Under the pieces are notes generated by a model. The model was not told where the DNA came from, did not search any database, and saw nothing but the letters and a program-made list of their open reading frames with translations. The position numbers and the translations under genes were made by a program. A stretch of 24,983 nucleotides of DNA from Oligoflexales bacterium (GTDB lineage: Bacteria; Bdellovibrionota_B; Oligoflexia; Oligoflexales; Bog-1112): assembly GCA_045105515.1 (NCBI GenBank), contig JBGCDR010000409.1, forward strand, positions 1-24,983, written 5' to 3'. This document shows positions 17,381 to 24,983 of this stretch, one piece after another. Numbering within the stretch: position 1 is the first letter of the stretch; each line of letters begins with the position of its first letter.

Positions 17381-18466
17381 TCAACGAAGCCTAATGAGAG
17401 CTTCACACAAGATATGATTTTCTTCCTTGGTTCCAATTGTAAGCCTCAGATATCTGTTGCTCACGACTCTTACCAAAATTCCTTTTGTAGTCAAGGATTC
17501 TTCGATCTTCCGAGCATCCTTGACCTTACACATAATAAAATTAGCATCACTGGGGAATACTTTTTCTATGACTGGGATTTTATTCAAGCGTTCTAAGAGG
17601 CCTTCTCTTTCCTGTTTATTATGGGTGATAAAGACATTTAGTCGGGTTTCCCAGTCTTGATCAAGATAGTTTACAAAGGTATCAAGGCTGGGGCTACTGA
17701 ATGCATAAGGAGCCTTGATTTTATCGAGAAATATAATCAATTGAGGGTGTGCGAGGATACAACCCATCCGTAATCCAGCAAGACTCCACGCCTTTGAAAA
17801 AGTGCGTAAAACAATCAAGTTCGGAAATTTATCGAGCATTCTGCTAAAACTAGGATACTTAGAAAACTCGATGTAAGCTTCATCAACAAGCACCATACTA
17901 GTGCCTTTAGTATGCTCAAGCAAAAATAGTAAGTCTTCTTCCCTAATGCTCTGGCCTGTTGGGTTATTTGGAGAACACAAGAATATGATTTTAGTCTGAG
18001 TAGGCATCTTTGCTATGAGCTGCTTCGGGCAGATATAAAAGTCATCTAATTCATCTGTCTGGTACTTGAATACCTCTGCACCTTGAATGCGAGCATAATT
18101 CTCGTATAGGCTGAAGCTTGGGCTAGAAACCACAACAGCATCTTCCCTCGCTTCGCAAAAAATCCGGCAAATTAAGTCAATGCCCTCTCCTGAGCCCCTG
18201 CTTAAAAAGATTTGCTCTTCTCTAAGCCCTAGGTAAGGAGCAAGTTTAGCGCGAATACTGTTAATACTGCTTGCTTTTGGGTAGCGATTAACTTCAGGGA
18301 AGCTATTTAAGTTCACTGGAAAAGGTGATTCATTCGCATTGAGTTTAATTTTTGTCACAGTATTGGGAGGTTTGGCAGCTGAGTAGGCAGAGAGGCCTTG
18401 AAGATCTTTTCTCACCAGTTGTTCCGGAAATTGCAGTATCCTTTGTTCACTGTTTATTTGCTGCAT
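17381..18466 (-). CDS. hisC: Histidinol-phosphate aminotransferase
   Basis: LNANESP, CSPNNPTG, VDEAYIEF and RTFSKAWSLAGLRMG. Confidence 0.97.
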   Translation of the reverse strand: MQQINSEQRILQFPEQLVRKDLQGLSAYSAAKPPNTVTKIKLNANESPFPVNLNSFPEVNRYPKASSINSIRAKLAPYLGLREEQIFLSRGSGEGIDLICRIFCEAREDAVVVSSPSFSLYENYARIQGAEVFKYQTDELDDFYICPKQLIAKMPTQTKIIFLCSPNNPTGQSIREEDLLFLLEHTKGTSMVLVDEAYIEFSKYPSFSRMLDKFPNLIVLRTFSKAWSLAGLRMGCILAHPQLIIFLDKIKAPYAFSSPSLDTFVNYLDQDWETRLNVFITHNKQEREGLLERLNKIPVIEKVFPSDANFIMCKVKDARKIEESLTTKGILVRVVSNRYLRLTIGTKEENHILCEALIRLR

Positions 18467-19805
18467 TTGTTAGTCCCTTTTTAGATAACCTTATTGAAAC
18501 TGCTTTTTTATGAGCTTCTAGGCCTTCGATGTTTGCGAGTTCTTCGACAATGGGGCCAAGTTTACTTATGCCTGCACTACTAATTTCTTGAAAACTGATA
18601 GGCTTCATAAACGACTCAACACCTAAGCCTCCACAGCTGCGGGCAAAGCCACTGGTGGGTAGGACGTGGTTAGTACCACTGGCATAATCACCTACCGATT
18701 CTGGTGTCCAAGGTCCAAGAAATACAGAACCTGCATTTTTAACAAGTTGTTTTAACTCACTGGTATTTTCGACGTTTAATATCAGGTGTTCGGGTGCATA
18801 GCGATTTGAAATGTCCATTGCAGTGTTAAAGTCTGCGACCAAAATACTACGAAAGTAGTTGAGGGAATTGGCCAGCACCTCAGCTCTTTTGCTGTCTGGG
18901 CTAATCTTCTTGATAATGGTATGCACTGCACTGAGTAGCTCTTGTTTATCGGAAATTAAAATTATTTGCGAATCAAAACCATGCTCTGCTTGTGATAGCA
19001 GGTCCCAAGCAACAAATTCTGGATCTGCATTTGCGTCGGCAATTACCAAGACTTCTGAGGGGCCAGCTGGCAAGTCACAGAGCACTCCTGAATTCCCTTG
19101 GTTAACTTTCATCTTTGCAGCTGTGACCCAAGCATTTCCTGGGCCAAAAATTTTGTCAACCTGAGGGATGCTTTTGGTTCCCAAAGCCATTGCTGCAATT
19201 GCCTGAGCGCCCCCTAGCTTGAATATATCTTTGACTTTGCAAAGATCTGCAGCCACGAGAACGTGGGGATCAAGCTTTCCATTAGAGCCTGGAGGGGTGC
19301 ATACAATCTTTTGTTCACAGCCAGCAATACTTGCAGGAACTGCCTGCATCCAGACAGAAGAAGGAAGTGGGGTTTTTCCTCCAGGTACGTACAAACCTAC
19401 TTTCGGTATAGGTCGAAACACTTTGTAGCAGTGTACTCCTGGCATGGTTTCCAATTCGTAGTTTTTTGGGATGCCCAAACGATGAAAACGTTCGACTTGT
19501 TCTATGGCTTGTTTGATGGCAGCAAGAGCAGTTTTACCTATACTTTGGTAGGCTTCTTTAAGCTCATTTTCACTCACCCGCAAGTCTTCAAGGGTAACCC
19601 TGTCATACTTTTCTGTGAGCCGAATAAGCTCCTTATCTCCATAATTACTTATATCTGAAAAAATCTCTGATATTATTGCATCTCGTTCCAAAGCCGGGAC
19701 GGGCTCGGGACGCAGCAGCAATTTCGCCTTTTCAGTAGCATTTAGCTTGGACCAGTCAGTAATAGAAAAAGTGGGAAAATTGAAGGAATTAGGCTTAGCT
19801 TTCAT
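18447..19805 (-). CDS. hisD: Histidinol dehydrogenase
   Basis: GLYVPGG, DLPAGPSEV, SQAEH, APEHL and GDYASGTNHVLPT. Confidence 0.97.
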   Translation of the reverse strand: MKAKPNSFNFPTFSITDWSKLNATEKAKLLLRPEPVPALERDAIISEIFSDISNYGDKELIRLTEKYDRVTLEDLRVSENELKEAYQSIGKTALAAIKQAIEQVERFHRLGIPKNYELETMPGVHCYKVFRPIPKVGLYVPGGKTPLPSSVWMQAVPASIAGCEQKIVCTPPGSNGKLDPHVLVAADLCKVKDIFKLGGAQAIAAMALGTKSIPQVDKIFGPGNAWVTAAKMKVNQGNSGVLCDLPAGPSEVLVIADANADPEFVAWDLLSQAEHGFDSQIILISDKQELLSAVHTIIKKISPDSKRAEVLANSLNYFRSILVADFNTAMDISNRYAPEHLILNVENTSELKQLVKNAGSVFLGPWTPESVGDYASGTNHVLPTSGFARSCGGLGVESFMKPISFQEISSAGISKLGPIVEELANIEGLEAHKKAVSIRLSKKGLTNAANKQ

Positions 19806-19818
19806 GGTATATTTCCCT

Positions 19819-20706
19819 TTAGTCTATTATCTTTTCAATAGGAGAAACGATGATGGAACTAGCTCCCATTTCTTTTAAGCGTTCAATGGTTTCCCAGAAG
19901 ATGGGTTCTTGAGCGACTGCATGAACTGCTACTTGATCTTTTGATCCACACAAAGGAATAACCGTCGGCATTTCCATTCCCGGAATAAGCTCGCTGATTT
20001 TGCTAAGTGAAGATTTCGGGGCATTCATCATGATATATTTTGCTGTAGAGGCATTCTTAACTCCTAGCATCCGATTGAGGAGCTTGGTGATAATGTTTAT
20101 CTTATCCCGGTCATCCTCACCTGACCTGCCAATCACGACAGCTTGACTCTTTAGTACAGTGCCCACTTCATGCAATTTGTTGGCTTTTAGCGTTTGGCCT
20201 GATGAGACTAAGTCGCAGATAGCATCAGCAATGCCCATGTAGGGAGCAATCTCTACTGAACCTTGCATCTCAATCACTTCGGCTATGATGGAGTTTTTTT
20301 CTAAGAACTGCTTAAGGACCACAGGATATGAGCTGGCAATCTTTAGCCCATTTAACGATGTGAAAGAAAAATCTCGAGAATTGTCCTTTTCCGGAATAGC
20401 AATGGCTAAACGGCATTGGCCAAAACCCAGATGTTCTAAGATCTTAACTCTATTTTCTTCACGAGGAGCCTTTTCAATGGCTTCGTTAAGGCCAACAATG
20501 CCAATATCACAGGCTCCATCATTTACATACATGGGAATATCATCATCTCTAACAAACAGTAGGTCTACGGGAAAATCCTCGCATGGACAAAGTAAAGCCC
20601 GACGGTAGGTGTCAGCTTTCAGCCCGCAGCGGTTAAGGAGTTCAAGGGTGGGCTTCGATAGTCGGCCAGATTTCTGTACGGCAATACGGATTCGGCTCTC
20701 GCTCAT
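19819..20706 (-). CDS. hisG: ATP phosphoribosyltransferase, long form
   Basis: IAVQKSGRL, VRDDDIP, GSVEIAP, DLVSSGQTL and the C-terminal regulatory domain. Confidence 0.97.
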   Translation of the reverse strand: MSESRIRIAVQKSGRLSKPTLELLNRCGLKADTYRRALLCPCEDFPVDLLFVRDDDIPMYVNDGACDIGIVGLNEAIEKAPREENRVKILEHLGFGQCRLAIAIPEKDNSRDFSFTSLNGLKIASSYPVVLKQFLEKNSIIAEVIEMQGSVEIAPYMGIADAICDLVSSGQTLKANKLHEVGTVLKSQAVVIGRSGEDDRDKINIITKLLNRMLGVKNASTAKYIMMNAPKSSLSKISELIPGMEMPTVIPLCGSKDQVAVHAVAQEPIFWETIERLKEMGASSIIVSPIEKIID

Positions 20707-20745
20707 TGCTTTTTTCCCCGTCTAATCAGCAGATTAAACCGCTGT

Positions 20746-20763
20746 GTTTTAATGTGATAGCAC
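20746..20763. promoter_or_regulatory. Possible TrpR/YerC-type operator upstream of hisG
   Basis: GTTTTAATGTGATAGCAC has the GTnnTA-N6-TAnnAC symmetry of the TrpR operator core and lies about 40 nt before the hisG ATG. Confidence 0.35.
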
Positions 20764-20884
20764 GATATCAAATACAATTTGCAAATGCTAGAGGAAAATC
20801 AAACTAAGTTTTTTCATTGTTTTGTAATTAAGTATTGTAGATTATATTCTAGCAAAGTTGGATGAATCTAAAAATGGAACTTAT

Positions 20885-22129
20885 ATGTTAGAAGCACTCC
20901 TAGAATTTTTTGTTGCATTGAACTTGTCTCACCCAATGGGCTGGGTCCTAAGTTTCTGCATCATGGCAATGGTGATTTTGGGCATTAGCTGGTTTGCAGA
21001 TTATATCAGCCGAAGATATTTGGTCAGATTATTGGATTTAATGCTCACAAAGGCAAAGCCAAAATGGGGTGAAATGCTGAAAAAGCATAAAGTTATCAGA
21101 AAATTTGCCCACATTGCCCCAGCTGTTATTATTTATTCGAGTGCTCCCTTGTTTCTCTTTGATGATGTAGCAATAAGTACAGTTCTTGTAAGGGTGATTC
21201 AAACAATTGTTACGGTTTATATCATTCTCACGACGGTGTATGGGCTTAATGCAATTTTATTAAGCGTCGAGGACATTTATAATTCATACCCCATTTCGCG
21301 AAAACGTCCAATTAAAAGCTATTTGCAGGTAGTGAAAACTATACTGATCTTTTTTACGGTTATTATTGTCATATCTATCATCCTTGATAAATCCCCATGG
21401 GCCTTCTTTACTGGCTTGGGTGCTGCAACCGCAGTGATAATGTTGGTTTTTAGGGATTCAATTTTAGGGTTTGTTGCCAGTATTCAGCTTGCTTCTTACG
21501 ATATGATCCGCATTGGTGACTGGATCTTTATGCCAAGTTTCGGTGCAGATGGTGATGTGATGGAGATCTCCTTGACTACGGTTAAGGTAAGAAACTTTGA
21601 CAAGACTATTGTTACGATTCCAACTTATGCCTTGCTAACGAATGGAGTTAAAAATTGGCGGGGTATGCAAGAGTCTGGAGGAAGAAGGATCAAAAGATCT
21701 ATCAAGATTGACTTAAAGACCATTAGATTTTGCGAAGACGAATTTTTGCACAAGCTTTCCAAAGTCAGCGCTTTGAAGCCTTATTTAGCAGCAACCTTGC
21801 CTGATATTAGACAAAGTAAAGATCAAAGTGAAGATTCCTCTGTTCCATTAAATGGCCGGCATTTAACCAATGTTGGTCTGTTTCGTAATTATATCGAAAA
21901 CTTTTTGAAAGCTAATGATATGATTCATAAGGAGAATTTTACCTTTCTAGTGAGGCAATTAGAACCTAAAGAAACAGGCCTTCCCATAGAGCTATATGTT
22001 TTTACGAAGACTACTAAATGGAAAGAATACGAAAAGATTCAAGCTGATATTTTTGATCATCTGCTAGCTTCACTACCTATTTTTGAACTCCAAGCATTTC
22101 AGTATGATAGCGCTAGCAAGCTATCATAA
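20885..22129 (+). CDS. Mechanosensitive channel, MscS family (YbdG/MscM-like)
   Basis: GLGAATAVIMLVFRDSILGFVASIQL, GDWI, VRNFDKT, NWRGMQESGGRRIKRS and GLPIELYVF. Start set at ATG 20885 (ORF open from 20858). Confidence 0.95.
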   Translation: MLEALLEFFVALNLSHPMGWVLSFCIMAMVILGISWFADYISRRYLVRLLDLMLTKAKPKWGEMLKKHKVIRKFAHIAPAVIIYSSAPLFLFDDVAISTVLVRVIQTIVTVYIILTTVYGLNAILLSVEDIYNSYPISRKRPIKSYLQVVKTILIFFTVIIVISIILDKSPWAFFTGLGAATAVIMLVFRDSILGFVASIQLASYDMIRIGDWIFMPSFGADGDVMEISLTTVKVRNFDKTIVTIPTYALLTNGVKNWRGMQESGGRRIKRSIKIDLKTIRFCEDEFLHKLSKVSALKPYLAATLPDIRQSKDQSEDSSVPLNGRHLTNVGLFRNYIENFLKANDMIHKENFTFLVRQLEPKETGLPIELYVFTKTTKWKEYEKIQADIFDHLLASLPIFELQAFQYDSASKLS

Positions 22130-22208
22130 AAATAGCTATGCTGACTTGTTGGGGGTGAATAAAATATCTTAATTAATATCATTTAAATCAGGTGCTTAAA
22201 AAAAATTT

Positions 22209-22235
22209 TCAAATGATCCAATATGATGACGATAG
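22209..22235 (+). promoter_or_regulatory. Putative sigma28-like promoter
   Basis: TCAA-N15-GACGATAG, 44 nt upstream of the lipoprotein ATG at 22280. Confidence 0.35.
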
Positions 22236-22279
22236 CGTTATTATTGATAGCACTGAAGCTATTCACTTTGGGGATTGTT

Positions 22280-22714
22280 ATGAAGATTCTAGGCATATTG
22301 CTAGTTTTTGGACTTATGGCATGTGGTGAAACTATGAATAGTGGTACTGACGACGAAAGCAGTCGCCTACAGACCACAGCAGAGAACTCTCAAATAAGCT
22401 CTGAGCAAACTGCTGACAGCATGAGAGCCTCTTTGGTTGAAGAAAAAATCAATGTGTTTGTTGCTTGCTTCGTAACCGAAGATGAAACTGCGATGGTATG
22501 CCAACCTCAGCAAGATTCCGCTTCAAACCTAGAGTTTAGATTTGATTTCAAAGCATTTGATTTCGAAGGTCAAGAAATGAAAAGTGAAGTTAGTTATGAT
22601 AAGAACGGCCATGCTCATGTGAAAGTCATCGATATTTCAGAGTTGAGTCATTTGGAAGTTACCACTAAGAATCAAGGCATAGTCATTGAGAATTCACCCA
22701 TCGAATTCTTCTAA
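22280..22714 (+). CDS. Hypothetical lipoprotein
   Basis: MKILGILLVFGLMAC lipoprotein signal, RBS GGGGA, Ser/Thr/Glu-rich linker then a beta-rich domain. Confidence 0.8.
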   Translation: MKILGILLVFGLMACGETMNSGTDDESSRLQTTAENSQISSEQTADSMRASLVEEKINVFVACFVTEDETAMVCQPQQDSASNLEFRFDFKAFDFEGQEMKSEVSYDKNGHAHVKVIDISELSHLEVTTKNQGIVIENSPIEFF

Positions 22715-22746
22715 CCTTTATCTAAAAAAATTAAACTGTTGAATAG

Positions 22747-22779
22747 AAGCGTCGTGCCCATTAGAGCCGACGCTTTTTT
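22747..22779 (+). terminator. Rho-independent terminator
   Basis: Stem AAGCGTCG / CGACGCTT running into a T-tract, downstream of the lipoprotein stop. Confidence 0.75.
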
Positions 22780-22780
22780 G

Positions 22781-22857
22781 TTGCTACTCCAGACATCTCG
22801 ATTGTTACTCAGTCATCTCGATTGTTACTCAGTCATCTCGACCTTGTGGAGAGATCC
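22781..22857 (+). repeat. 20-bp tandem array (about 3 units) ending in a complete REP-like palindrome
   Basis: ATTGTTACTCAGTCATCTCG at 22801 and 22821, degenerate copy at 22781. The last head continues as GTCATCTCGACCTTGTGGAGAGATCC (22832..22857). Confidence 0.88.
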
Positions 22858-22878
22858 CCTACAAATTATCTACTAGTT

Positions 22879-24393
22879 CTAAATGCCAAACTGCTTAATC
22901 TTATCTATACATGATCTTGTTTCATCATTGTCGATCTCAGCTGGTGGGTTCAGCCAATTTTCACAAGGATAATCAGAAACAATCCGCGGTAGCATTTGCT
23001 TATTAGCTATGGTCATCATCGTGTCATGATTACAACTTAAAACTCTTTCTAAGTTAATAAATTCATAGTCATCTAAGGAAGAAATTTTATTGTTTCTTAA
23101 ATGCAGTTCAGATGCAAAGTTGATGAATCTAAATTTAATTGGATCTGTTGATTTTGCACATGTACTTAATAACTTAGTAATAGTCTTTATAGCATGACCT
23201 CGATAAGAATGATCAAATAATACCAATTTTTTACTTTTAAGTACTTGCGAGTTTAAACCTTCAGAATCAAGATAGCTACAAAATGAATCCAATTGCTCTT
23301 GATTAGGATTTATGGTCTTAGCAGGCTTTGTTCTACTAATTGCGATCTGCTTTACCTGCCTATAAACTTCTACCAGCGGAAAAATATAAGCAGGTGTTTG
23401 TCCAATAAATACCACCAAGTCATCTTCACTGGTAGCAGCAAGAACTTCATGGGCAAGTTTATGAATACCGTAGATGGTTTGAGGATTTAAAGTAGGACAG
23501 GGATCATCATTGTGAGGATTAGCATATCGATAATGTTCTAACCATTTAGCTAAACCGTTTTCGTATTTATCCAAATATGTTTGTTCACAACCGTCAGCAG
23601 CTTCTTTTCCTAGGGCTAAGTTAATGGCTCCAGGAATGATGAGCCCTAAATCATCATTTTCTCCTTCTGATGTTCCCATTTTGTCTCCAGCAACTAAAAT
23701 TTTGGCCAGAGGTATTTTACGATTTTTTTTACTTTCAATCTTTGGCTTAATCTGTTCTAAAATATATTTTCTAGCATAAGATTTTGAAAACCCTGGACTT
23801 CTTATGTGGATGAAATAACCGTATTTAGGCTCTTCAGGATAGCGATAGCGGTGCACTTCAACACCCTGATCTTTGGAAAAGAGTTTTGTAACTTTGACCA
23901 ACTCTTTAGTTGAAGAAAAATTTAATGAAAGAAATGTGTTGCGATCTGAAAATTTAGTGCAGGTTGTTTTATTCGAGATTATTTTTCTGATCTCAGAAAT
24001 TTTCTCTGGTGATAGACCTATCTTGTACAGCGGACCTTGTAGCCCATGTTTATCAACTTGATAATATTCCTGACCACCTGATGGAAAAACATGCAACTGC
24101 TCAAGGAGAGAAAGATCAGCATCTTGTTCTTGCAAATAGGTCATCAGTGGCTTTACAAGACAGGATTCTATACGTTCGCGATGCTGTGCGGTAATAACTG
24201 CAATATCAACCCCACGCCTCAACAAAGCATAAAGATGGTCAGCTGACCGCAAACTTAATTCGGTTTTTGTTGGTTCTATGGTGTTGTCGTAGTCTAATAA
24301 TGCTAAGTCAATGGGGCTTTCATAAGAATTGGCATGGGCTAGTCCTAAGATGCATAAATAAAATGCTAAACAATGTCTAATCATCCTAATCAT
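22879..24393 (-). CDS. Secreted HAD-superfamily (IIB-like) hydrolase fused to an uncharacterised C-terminal domain
   Basis: Signal peptide ..GLAHA, motif I LLDYDNT, motif II VITA, motif III K and motif IV GDK..NDD. Second alpha/beta domain (VFIGQTP, LVLFDHSYRG). Confidence 0.75.
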   Translation of the reverse strand: MIRMIRHCLAFYLCILGLAHANSYESPIDLALLDYDNTIEPTKTELSLRSADHLYALLRRGVDIAVITAQHRERIESCLVKPLMTYLQEQDADLSLLEQLHVFPSGGQEYYQVDKHGLQGPLYKIGLSPEKISEIRKIISNKTTCTKFSDRNTFLSLNFSSTKELVKVTKLFSKDQGVEVHRYRYPEEPKYGYFIHIRSPGFSKSYARKYILEQIKPKIESKKNRKIPLAKILVAGDKMGTSEGENDDLGLIIPGAINLALGKEAADGCEQTYLDKYENGLAKWLEHYRYANPHNDDPCPTLNPQTIYGIHKLAHEVLAATSEDDLVVFIGQTPAYIFPLVEVYRQVKQIAISRTKPAKTINPNQEQLDSFCSYLDSEGLNSQVLKSKKLVLFDHSYRGHAIKTITKLLSTCAKSTDPIKFRFINFASELHLRNNKISSLDDYEFINLERVLSCNHDTMMTIANKQMLPRIVSDYPCENWLNPPAEIDNDETRSCIDKIKQFGI

Positions 24394-24847
24394 CGAGCAC
24401 CTCGCTTATTTTATTAGCATTTAAAGTTATGCTAAGAGCATTCGCTACTCAGCTGCTAGAACTCAAAGATACTGGCAAAGGAATTTATAAATGTCCATGA
24501 ATTTTATTGGAAGTTTATAATATGATTGTTGGTGACATACCTAGGAGAGGAGAAGAGTTAATATGGAGATTCGAATGTAGATGTTCAAGGTTTTGTTTTT
24601 TGCTAACTCTATTCCTTTATTTCTTAGGCCTAAAGCTTTTCTTAAATCACTGGTAATATTTTTTTATGAGAGAATCAGTTGGTTAATTAATGTAATTTTA
24701 GTAGCTTACTGATTGCGCTAATTTTATATTGCTTATTTGTCGATAGGTTCGAGTTAAGAAGCAAGAATATAATTATTTTTGATCATATTTATTGTTTGGT
24801 TTGTCAATTTTTTTAATAAACTGAATGCCAAATCTTGTTTAAGAATT

Positions 24848-24983
24848 GGCGGATTGCTAGATTAAGTGCAGAAGAAAAAATTCCATCGCTTCGGAAGGCG
24901 GATTTAGTTTAGTCTATGAGGCTAATCTGCTTGCAAGAAAGGGGTATTTATGTCTGCCAATCTCACTTATGAGCAAAGGTATG
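24848..24983 (+). mobile_element. Left end of the second copy of the IS30-family-like element
   Basis: Exact inverted copy of 3..138. Confidence 0.8.
24950..24983 (+). CDS. Transposase N-terminus (partial)
   Basis: MSANLTYEQRY after RBS GAAAGGGG. Runs off the edge. Confidence 0.65.
   Translation, partial: MSANLTYEQRY

Noticed and set aside
24394..24847. Hidden gene or ncRNA in the AT-rich region next to the right IS
   Set aside because: Only very short ORFs (e.g. MEIRM*) and no recognisable RNA structure.

Overview
A 25-kb AT-rich bacterial segment, probably a whole contig. It is bounded at both ends by the same 136-bp left end of an IS30-family-like element in inverted orientation, with both transposase starts reading outward. 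The interior holds a SAM methyltransferase, a YchJ/SEC-C protein, a Na+/proline-type symporter, a PilZ protein, a NIT-domain chemoreceptor, a secreted His-brace LPMO-like protein, a two-CxxCH cytochrome c-like gene split by an in-frame TAA, several lipoproteins and secreted proteins, a complete gammaproteobacterial-style hisGDC(NB)HAF(IE) operon, an MscS/YbdG channel and a secreted HAD fusion protein. The MCP tip variant and several sigma28-like promoters suggest a Bdellovibrionota/Oligoflexia-like host (inference). Notable non-coding signals: a near-perfect Fur box upstream of an unannotated 44-codon ORF, a dispersed family of GTCAT-headed REP-like palindromes (two preceded by tandem copies of their own 5' head), an 8-bp tandem array, and a TrpR-like palindrome upstream of hisG. 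There is no CRISPR array, tRNA or rRNA. No complete novel system can be proven from the sequence alone.
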